Assembly: GCA_030770535.1 (NCBI GenBank) | Contig: JASVEC010000015.1 | Span: forward strand, 992,001-1,056,000 | Source of the DNA: Batkoa obscura | Lineage: Eukaryota | Direction: 5' to 3' | Length of the DNA stretch: 64,000 bases | Shown here: in pieces, positions 53,208-64,000 of the stretch | How the letters are laid out: each line of letters begins with the position of its first letter | Numbering within the stretch: position 1 is the first letter of the stretch | Made by a program: the position numbers and the translations under genes | Notes under the pieces: model-generated | Database searches by the model: none | Told to the model about the DNA's origin: nothing | Seen by the model: the letters and a program-made list of their open reading frames with translations, nothing else

Positions 53208-56200
53208 ATATAATTATGCCCACCTTGGATTTTATGTAGATTTAAATACTAAATATATAAAGTAAAATTATCACCAGAATTTCACAAACCAAACAAACCT
53301 CTATAGCCATTATTTATGGATTTCTGGTTTTAACTTTTATTGATTTATATTCATCTGGCAGTGCAGATGTACACAGAATGTGTTTTTTGTTTAAGGGTTT
53401 TACCAACAACCTTTCCACTCAAATAGCGCTTAAAAAATGGAAAAAGTAATGAAACCAAAAAAACATCCTCCCTATATTTAAAAAGAATGGAAACCTGAAT
53501 AAATATCTTTTATTGACTCTCAGTATAGAACGCATAAGCATCATTATATAGTGTGGTAAGTATTGGAGAGTTGCTAATATGATTAATATTGATACATTTG
53601 TGACTGCTGATCTTGAGAATATGTCTTTTAATGATAGAGTACATAAGTCATTTTCATTTTCAAATATCGAAAAGGCTTTAAAACAAATATTAAACTTGTT
53701 TTTGTTAAGTAATAATAAGTTATATTTTAAGATGATTTTAAAATATATATGTTTATAAAATTATAATATAGATTAATAAATATTTGAAGTCTTAAACACA
53801 TTTGAAAGATCTAATAAAAGTTTTTACTGATAAAAAAATCAAAATTAAAATATTACTTACTATTTTAGATAAAATAAAGTTGATATCAAAAAACTGTTTT
53901 TTTATTTATCTAATATATACATAATACTAAGCCATCATCATCATATTGCGCCCCTTTTTCTTTTGCTTTAAAATTTAAAATTTAAAATAAAATATATCTA
54001 TAAACTGTACTGTGTGTAACCTTAGTTTTTAGCTAAAAAGTTTAGGATGTTTTTTTACAGCCTCTGTTGTTTTAGTGTCAACAACATGATTGATCAGGTT
54101 ATAAGTGTTATCAATTTAAAATGAGAATCATAATATCCATGACATTAAGCTTTTCAAATTCTTATTTTTCAGTCTTTATTTTTTACCAAGCTTTAAAAAA
54201 ATGTCACTTTACACTTATACCCAAAACGTATTTATATTTATTATTAGTTTCAAATTCTTGATGGTTAACTTCATTAAATTCTTAATGTAATTCAATAGTC
54301 GGAGTAAAAAAAATCCTTACACTACATAATACATTTCAAAATGAATTTAGCCAGTTTACAGTACTGGGGGCCATGTATTAATATTCACTTACTCTAAATA
54401 CCGCACAGTTTTAGTTTTAAAGATGAGAGAGCTATATTAATATGAATTGTTTTTCTTAAAGAATGACTATTTGTAAATTAAATATCTAAAAACGTTGATT
54501 CAATGTAAACAAAAAATCGTCTTGATTTTGTAATATTATTAAAAGTAATAAATTTAAGTTATTCAAATAAAGTCGATTGAATAAACGTTTAATCATTTCA
54601 AGATCAGGTTTTTTCGTCTATTATAAACTTTATAATATTATATATATTCTACTAGGTTATAATACATATGTATTAATTCTTTTGAGTTCTGAATTGCTAT
54701 TAATTTCGAAAAAAACTTCCCAGATAGATATCTATACTTCGTTATTTATTGGAACTAAGTAATTTTAATTATTTGTAACAATATTTAGCTAAAATGTCAC
54801 ATGTTAATGATATTAGAAATAACTTTTTACAATTAAAAATTAAATTCATGTTTTTTTGATGAATCTTTAAGTTCCTTTTAAAATTATTTCCATATCCTCT
54901 CTTCTGTTTTATTGCCAATTAATACCATATCATTAGCCGTCAAGTGGTTTATCTAAACTAAATATACTTGTACCTAAACCTCCCTATTTTAAAGTTCAAT
55001 TTAACAATGTATCAATCAACATAATCGATCACAATAGGGGTAGCGAGATCCTCCTGCTCCAGTGCATATATTGATATTGGAGTATACTCATCGATATGGC
55101 CATAAAAAGCTTTGGTTTTATAGTTTCTATGTGTAAAACAAGCTAATAAATTTCTAGATTGATGAATTCTCGCAAAGTTTAAGCCTTAAGCTTTAATTAA
55201 AGATTCCCTAAGTTTACAGAATGTTAACCTCAGAAATATCTAAAGAAATAATAATGGATTTGTTTTGATATTTAAATGCATTTATTATATCAATCAATCA
55301 TAAAATTAAAATTGCTCAATAATGAATTTTCCCTTTTTGGTAAATAAACAAAATTTGTATAAAAATATCCCCTCTCCATTGTTGAACGAAATACTTTGAG
55401 GGATCTCTCCTATTGACTAAAACTGAAAACAATAATTTTAAAAGGGTTTCTAATAAAAAAGCTATTGGTCTAAAGCAATTGTTACACATCCAACTAAATT
55501 TTATCTTTCATGTATGAGCTAATTTCTAACTTTTTTATAAATTGTATTTGGAAAGTACTTCGATTTTATTATATTAATTGATTAAACCAAGTTTGATAAA
55601 GTACACTATTTGAATACTTTTTTCCAAAACACTATTTCAAAAATGGTTGTAAATTTTTATTACGGATGTTTAGCTTTATCACATTTGTAAATAGTCTATA
55701 AGTTGTTTTACAAAAAGGTCTTGGGCTTTAATATGAAATTTTCTTTAAGTGAATTCTACAGTGTTTTACTAAAAGCTATAAAACATGTATATTATATCAA
55801 AAAAGATAATCGTATTACAATTTACAATTAATGTCTATCAATGTCCTGGTATTTATTTGTTTCAATTTCTTGCTATGTTTAAATTTTGTCTAATGTATGT
55901 ACTTTCCTATTTCTATTATAAAACAATGATGTTCGCTAAATTTTGTATATAATTAATTGAACTTGCTTTGTTTATTTTAGTCTTTTAATATGCTAATGAT
56001 TCTGTGGTTTCTTTCTTTTTTGCTCTACTGGTTGTTTATTTATTGTATTGGCTATCGTTTTACTCTACTATTATATTTGAAAGTTCAATCCAGTTTATAT
56101 TATAGAGCACTTTCCGACTTTTTATCACTTATATCCCCTTGAGTATAATATTGAACTTTTCTCAACTAATTCCTTTCTAAAACTTGACTCAAACCAACCC

Positions 56201-56409
56201 CCATGGTAAGTCTAAAATACATATTAATATATTTGATGAAAAGTGTTCATACCATTTTATTAATTGTAGCCTTATAAATAGATATTTAAATTTTCATACA
56301 CTAACTAGACCACAATCTATTAAACTCTTAGATTAGGAAAATAGTACATTAAAAATTAACATTTTTAGTTATAAAGTTGATTGATTTAATAAGCAATATT
56401 CAATATGTA

Positions 56410-57796
56410 GGGTATAATATATCTGAATTTTTGGTTTCATTATTTTATCCAATTTTTAAATATTTTCTATTTTGTTTTAAAAACTTTGCTTAAAATTCTA
56501 TAAAATCAAATTTTCTCATCAAAACAAAAGTATCCGGGGATACAGCTCTAAATCATTATATTATAGCTTATACTGTAGGTTAGTTATTTCTAATAGATGA
56601 GGCTGTATTTTTGTGCTTAAGAATTTTACCAACAAATTTTTCACTCAAATAGCACTTAGAAGATGAAAAAGTGATGAAGCCAAAAAAAGCATCCCCAGAG
56701 AGAGATCTTAAATATCCACACCATTATAATAAACCTTTATTGGGAAATATTTATTGTTGGTTAGCGAATACCTGAACGAGGGGAAGTAATTAGTCCTAGA
56801 GCTATGATTAACTATCCCGATGTAATGCAACCAATATAATAACAGTTTTTACTTAATATTATAGCTAACTTCTTAGTAAATATCGATAATTTTAAATTCT
56901 TTGTTATTTTTGTAGGGTAAGAAGCTGGGATTGATCTTTTAATTTTTCTGTTTTACATAAACTCTATAACTTTAATTGGAGCTATATCGCTTTTTTTGAT
57001 GTATCAGATACTGGATAACAATGTAGTTTATTGTTATGTTTAATAAAGTGTAAATACTTCTTAATGCCCTGCATCTTTATTACTCTTTTTGTATTTCTGT
57101 TTCTTTTATACTTTTTAAAAATCATATCTGTTTTCCCATTATTAACTTAACAGTCGAGTTATTAATTTTATTATGCTCGCAAATAAAAGCCTCAAATCTT
57201 GGAATTAATTGATTAATGTCTTCTATTTTGCCTAATGCTTCAAAACTACTTTTCCATTTTGAAAGGTTCCCAAAATGTCCATCAACTATACTTTTTCCAT
57301 GATGCTCAGCAAAAAAATTAAGACCAATATTTAAACTACTCTTTATTTTATGGATTTCTTTAAATATATAGTGTAGAAACTCTTGGGATCTAAAACGATT
57401 TCCTGTATCTGCCCATATATTGATTTTTGTAAACTTTTTAAATAAAAGCTCTGTAGAGATCAAATTGATTAAACAATCTCCTGTATATATGATCGTCCTA
57501 ATTAATCTCAGAATTTACTTAGAAGTTAATCCAAACTCTAAGATTTTAAATCTACGTCTTTAACGCGACAGTTAAATTTAAAAAGCCTAAATTAAATCTC
57601 TTTATTTAAAACCTATTTTAATTGTTTCCTTCTCTTTTAAATAGTTAATTTTTCTAACTATATGTTTTATGTTATTTCTGTTAAATGTTTAATAAGTGTA
57701 TTTATATAAGTATATAGCTGTATATTATACATTTGTTAAACATTTGACAGGAATAACATAAAACATATAGTTGGAAAAATCGATTTGGACAACCCC
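56410..57796 (-). mobile_element. Rearranged Sola-like composite: right end, C-terminal coding region, then an inverted left-end segment with fold-back
   Basis: ORF 57122-57463 is the catalytic core; MITE at ~56599-56696; from ~57490 a left-end sequence in + orientation; terminates GGACAACCCC. Confidence 0.8.
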
Positions 57797-60610
57797 AAAT
57801 AGTTATTTATAAAAACAGCTAGACAGATCCTAGATAGCTTATTAAGTTTATTTAGATTTTAATAATCTTTACTTAATCTGCATACTATACTAAAGCCTAT
57901 AATTTTATAATTTTAAAGCCTATTTAGCCAAATAGCTTTCATTCAGCATTATAACTAAATATAGTTTATTTTAGAGAAACATGGTTGATCATAAAAATAG
58001 TGTTGTAGAATATATAGTTTAAATACTTTTATAGTATGAATAATTGAAAAGTGTTTTTTTCTGCTATAGTATGATTTTTTTATGTGTTTCAATAAAGTTT
58101 TAAAAGTATGAGCTATTATATGGTGATGTTTTTGATTTCATTACTTTTCCATCTTTTAAAAGCCCTATTTGAGCGGAAAAATTGTTAGCAAAATTCCTAA
58201 ACAAAAAGATACATCCCGATATATTTGTAATTACTGTCATCAAGTTAACAAAACACTTTTAGCTGCAGTTAAAATAACATTGGTATACAAAGAAAAAGGC
58301 TTTGAAAAGCTTAAAAACATTAATACCTAGGGACATTAAACAGCTTATTAATGCTTGATTTTTTTCTTTAATAATTAAAATAATAGAATGGCTTAAGTTT
58401 AAAAAACCCTTTGTAAATCTTTGGCAATAATTTATTAATCTAAGGAATACTTGTATTTCTATCATAATTAAAAACTCTTTTATTGCATCTGATTTATTGG
58501 AAACAAAGGCTAAACTTTCACCAAAGGCCTAAAATAAAATAACCTAAAAATTCCAGGCTAATTTAAAAAAAATGAATCATTTGGTTCTAATTTTAAGTTA
58601 GCTTGACAAGGCTATTTAAATGCTACTTTAGGCTCAGGTTAAGTAATCTATGGAAGTCTCTAAAAACACGTTCAAGTTATTTAAATAACTTGATATATAG
58701 AAGCTTGAAATCATTTAATATATTATCTATAAGATATTAAAATATGGGGGTGTTTTTTTGACTTCACTTTTTCCTTTTTTTAAACGCCATTTGAGCGGAA
58801 AAATTCTTAGTAAAATCCTTATACGTAAAAATACATCTCCATATAGCAAAAGCATTTAAAAGGCCTTATAGCATCTTAGCTGGTTAAAATAGCCTTTTGA
58901 AAGCAATTAAAGTGAATTTCTACCTTAAGTTCAGACTGAGATTCATAATATGGGGCTGTTTTTTTTGGTTTCATTATTTTTCCATTTTTTAAGCGCTATT
59001 TGAGTGGAAAATTTGTTAGTAAAATTCTTAAACACAAAAATACATCCCTAGCGTTTTTCTCAATAAGCAAAATTTAGTTATTAAGGGCTTTTTCATAAAC
59101 TTGAGATTTTTTTAGTATTGTTTTTCGTATAAACTATATCAACTTATTGACTTCTAAAAATGTTGATGTTTTTTAGTAGTATTAGCAAGCAATGACTCGA
59201 TAGCCTTATTTATATTATTATTTAAAATTTTAGGCATAATTAGAGGTCTCAATTATAAAATACTTTTTATATTGTATATAAAGATAAAACTCTTTAAGTG
59301 TACCCATAATAAGATTTTAGTCTAGTACTACTTATGATTTAGCTGATATTAGTAAATTTTTAGAGAAAATAATAAAAGTTTCAGACTACCTTGTATGCTA
59401 TATCTGGATATTGATAAATCATAGATTATAATATGCAAAAAGTAATACTAACTAATTTGTTATTAATTTAATAGCTTATTATATAGTATTCAAAGATTTT
59501 ATTGATTATAATGTTAATAGCTGAGTTCCGTTAGCTTATTGTAGTATATTAAAGTAAATTGACCTAACACTTTTAAGATGTTTTAATTATATGGGGGTGT
59601 TTTTTTTGACTTCTTTATTTTTCTATCTTTTAAGCGCTATTTAAGCGGAAAAATTGGTAGTAAAATTGTTGGACATAACAATACACCCCTATATAATAGT
59701 TGGGAACTATGTTTTATAAAGAATTTAGTATCTAAAAGGAAGTCATAATTTTTGCTTTCTAATATTATTACTCGAAAAGCTAAAACTAGCTTTCAAACTT
59801 AAAAACTGATAAATATGCCTTTTCTTTTAATGCTCTATCAAACGATTTAGTATAAAATTGATAAAGGGTTTATTATTTAATATTATATATATTTTTATAA
59901 ATTACCATATTAATCTAAATATAATTAGTAGAATTAGCTTTAGCATCAAAATCTGGAGATGTTTTTTGATTTCATTGTTTTTCCATTTTTAAGCACTATT
60001 TGAGTGGGAAGATTATTAGTAAAATTCTTAAACACAAAAAAGCACCCCCATTATCAAAAGGATGTCTATTTGAATTCTAGTAGTTTTTGATAATATTTTT
60101 AAATATGATTTCTAAATTTAATTCTTTAATTAAGACCTTGTTTAGGGGAATTAAGATAAATGGTATTAATCAAATACTAATATATATTTTTAGTTTATTT
60201 TATATAGAAAACAGTTTAAACAAATCAATAGTTAAATATAAAGTTTGGCAATCTCATTTATTAAAATAGAGTCAGAAGCATTAATAAAGTTATTAAACAA
60301 CTTATTATTAGAGTTGATAAACTTCTTAATGCTATTATTATCAATACCATTATAATTAAAGTGGTTAGTTAAGGTTACTTTCATTAAGACATCTCCTATT
60401 GTAAGTATTTTTAAAAAAATAGTACTTAAAAATACTGCTTTTCTAGTTTTAATTTAGTATAACTAGTATCAGTGTCTCTGTTTATCATAGTTCTATAGCA
60501 TCTAGTAAATACCTGGGATTTATAATAGTTAGCATAATGTTTGTTAAGTGGTGGCAAAGCAATAGGAGTATTTATTATCATTTATTTTTTTATTTATATA
60601 ATTAGTATAT

Positions 60611-61409
60611 GGGGTTGTCTGAATTAGTTTCATTATTTTATCCAATTTTTGAAAAATTTTGTATTTTAAAAACTTCGCTTAAAATTCTATAAAATCATAT
60701 CTTTATTAAAATGAAAGTACCCGGACACAGTTCTAAATCATTCTATTATAGTTTATCCCGTAAGTTAGTTGAATTTCTACTAGATCTTAAATACGTGTTC
60801 TTATAAAACTTTATTGAGAAATATTTGTTATTGACCACTTTATAATCAACATTGTAGATTTGTTATCAAATAAATAAACTATTTTAATGTTATAATTACA
60901 TTATCAATATATTGCCGAGTTAATAAATAGCTGCATGGGAGGGAGTGGTTGGCCCTAAAACTATAATTAACCTTCCCTAGATAGTACAAGTAATAATAAT
61001 ATTTACATATTATTACAATTACTTGTTCCTTGAGTATTATTCAACAAACTACTTTACCTGCTTAGTAAATATCAAAAGTTTTAAATTCAGTTATTTTCGC
61101 AAGATAAACTGGGATTGATCTTTTAATTTCTCTGTTTTCTATAGACTTTATAATCTTAATTGGAACTATATCGCTTTTTTTGATGTATCAGATACTGGAT
61201 AACAATGTAGTTTATTGTTATGTTTAATAAAGTGTAAATACTTCTTAATGCCCTGCATCTTTATTACTCTTTTTGTATTTCTGTTTCTTTTATACTTTTT
61301 AAAAATTATATCCGTTTTCCCGTTATTAACAGTCGAGTTATTAATTTTATTATGCTCGCAAATAAAAGCTCCTGTAGAGATTAAATCGACTAAACAATCT
61401 CCTGCATAT
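60611..61409 (-). mobile_element. Sola-like copy A (deletion derivative), interrupted by copy B
   Basis: ATAT|GGGGTTGTCTGAATTAG right end; carries the same in-frame deletion as 51430-53207; breaks at CTCCTGCATAT. Confidence 0.9.
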
Positions 61410-63029
61410 GGGGCTGTCCTAATTGGTTTCAGAATCTACTTAGAAATTAATCCAAATTTAAAATTCCAAGTTTGTGTTCAATATAACGGTTAAATCTAAA
61501 AAGCCTAAAATTAAATGTCTCTATTTAAAACTTATTTTAATTGTTTCCTTTTCTTAAATAGCTAATTTTCCTAACTATATATTTTATGTTAGTTCTGTTA
61601 GATATTTAACAGATATATAATATATAACTATATGATTATATAATTATATAAATACATAATTATATAAACACAGTTATTTGACTTTATTTGACTTTATTTT
61701 TTGTTGAAATAAAAATAAAATGCAAACTTTCATAACTAAACTTCGAAATGGAATTTTTGAAAACTTCACTACAATAGGGAGGAGTACACAATATAAACAT
61801 TGTAATTCATTTACATCAATTTTAAGAGCTACTTATAACAACCCAAGGTTCATGGAATTTTATAATAAAACAAAACAAAGAAAAGATATATTATCAAAGT
61901 TTACTATCGATAATAATAAACTTAATCAAGTAATGTATAAAATTAGTGCTTTAAGGGAAACAGGAAACAAAAGTCAGCAAGTAGCGTTATTATCAACTAT
62001 AGCTTCAGTATATTCTTTTGATGAACGTAAGAGTTTTGGGTTTAATATAAATAGAAATCAATATGATTATTCAAAAACAAGTAATAATAATAAAATATCA
62101 ACATTAAAACCTATTATTAAAAATACAAAAAAAATTAAAGATGACCAAATTGAAACTATCATACAATATTTACTAAATGATTCAACTATTTCATCAAGAT
62201 TTAATAAAAAAAATAACGATAGTAAATATTCATCAGATAATATATATATATTAAATAAAAGTAGAAGAATGATATATAGTAAATATTTGAATGATCTAAG
62301 AGATAAAGCAGTAGCCAGGTCAACGTTCTTTAAATATATACCAACTAATTTCAAAAATCCAGCAAGAAAAACGGATCTATGTAATATATGTACCCAGTAT
62401 ACAGTTAGAAAAAAGTTATTTGAAAATAAAATAAATACAGCAAAAAACAAAGCAGAGATAGAAGAAATTTTCAACGAAGAAGAAAAATTATACAAATTAC
62501 ATAAATTCTGTGTTGATACTCAAAAAAACACATTTAATGAAACTATCAAAAAATTAAATAACAAAAGTTGTATAATAGTTTTAGATTTTAAACAAAATAT
62601 GGAAATAGGGACAAGACCAGATTCAATAAATTTAGATCATTATAATAAACAAGCTATATCAGTATTAGGCTTTGGTGTATTATATTTAAAAGATGATAAA
62701 ACAATAGGCAAAGTTTACTTTGATTATTTATCTGAAATATTGAATCATGATTCAGCATATGCAGGAGATTGTTTAATCGATTTAATCTCTACAGAGCTTC
62801 TATTTAAAAAGTTTACAAAAATTAATATATGGGCAGATACAGGAAATCATTTTAGATCCCAAGAGTTCTTACATTATATGTTTAAAGAAATTCATAAAAT
62901 AAATAGTAGTTTGAATGTTAATCTTAATTTTTTTGCTGAGCATCATGGAAAAAGTATAGTTGATGGACATTTTGGAAACCTTTCAAAATGGAAAAGTAGT
63001 TTTGAAGCGTTAGGTAAAATAGAAGATAT
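61410..63029 (+). mobile_element. Sola-like copy B, nearly identical to the intact copy, interrupted by copy C
   Basis: ATAT|GGGGCTGTCC left end; ORF 61720-63087 matches the 567-aa protein up to KIED and then reads into the inserted TIR. Confidence 0.93.
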
Positions 63030-64000
63030 GGGGTTGTCTGAATTAGTTTCATTATTTTATCCAATTTTAAAAAAATTTGTATTTTAAAAACTTCGCTTAA
63101 AATTCTATAAAATCACATCTTTTATTAAAACAAAAGTACCCAAACACAGTTCTAAACCATTATATTATAGCTCATACTGTAAGTTAGTTGAATTTCTACT
63201 AGATCTTAAATACATGTTCTTATAAAGCTTAATTGAGAAATATTTATTATCAACTGCTTTATAACCAACATCGTAGATTTATTATCAAATAAATAAACTA
63301 CTTTAATGTTATAATTACATTATTAATATATTGCCAAGTTAATAAATAGCTGCATGGGAGGGAGTGGTCAGCCCCAAAACTATAATTGACCATCCCTATA
63401 TAGTACAAGTAATAATAGTTTTTACATATTATTACAGTTACTTGTTCTTTGACTATTTATTAACTTAGCTATTAATAACTTAAGTAATCCTAACATTTAA
63501 CAATCTATTTCTATCATTCAACAAACTACTTACTTGCTTAGTAAATATCGAAATTTTCAAATTCTCTGTTATCTTCGTAAGGTAAGCTGGGATCGATCTT
63601 TTAATTTTTCTGTTTTCTATAGACTCTATAACTTTAATTGGGACTATATCGCTTTTTTTTGATGTATCAGATACTGGATAACAATGTAGTTTATTGTTAT
63701 GTTTAATAAAATGTAAATACTTCTTAATGCCCTGCATCTCTATTATTCTTTTTGTATTTTTGTTTCTTTTATACTTTTTAAAAATTATATCTGTTTTCCC
63801 ATTATTAACAGTCGAGTTATTAATTTTATTATGCTCACAAATAAAAGCCTCAAATCTTGAAATTAATTGATCGATATCTTCTATTTTACCTAACGCTTCA
63901 AAACTACTTTTCCATTTTGAAAGGTTTCCAAAATGTCCATCAACTATACTTTTTCCATGATGCTCAGCAAAAAAATTAAGATTAACATTCAAACTACTAT
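63030..64000 (-). mobile_element. Sola-like copy C (runs off the window), nearly identical to the intact copy
   Basis: GAAGATAT|GGGGTTGTCTG right end; ORF 63480-63992 is the transposase C-terminus. Confidence 0.93.

Noticed and set aside
49950..55150. Further LINE-RT-like words (GPGGVTN..PNTW at ~50650, KYLGI at ~50040, LEQED..P at ~55050; KYLGA also at ~33280)
   Set aside because: Probably retroelement relics but too degraded to delimit or confirm without a profile search.

Overview
Very AT-rich eukaryotic DNA with short GT-AG introns, most likely an early-diverging fungus (inference). Positions 1-12.6 kb are gene-dense and free of the transposon families seen later. They hold a Boi/Pob1-like PH protein, a Gyp1/TBC1D22 RabGAP, a bacterial-type HisRS with an apparent frameshift, a CS+SEL1 protein, SNRNP27, a KH-domain protein and an arrestin-like protein, followed by tRNA-Ala(AGC). 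The rest is increasingly repeat-rich, with island genes (Nam8/Ngr1-like RRM, penta-ubiquitin, lanosterol synthase, expansin-like, a small 3-exon orphan). The dominant feature is a recently active Sola-like DDD DNA transposon family: one intact 2463-bp copy with a 567-aa ORF, several decayed, mosaic or deleted copies, and a triple self-nested stack at the right edge. About 40 related ~100-bp MITEs, two solo-LTR-like repeats, fold-back derivatives and LINE relics are also present. The most striking unexplained signal is a ~270-nt multi-stem structure starting right after the transposase stop codon, with compensatory and G-U changes between copies; it is a candidate transposon-encoded structured RNA. 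Two copies also appear to have inserted independently at the same palindromic site inside the transposase gene.
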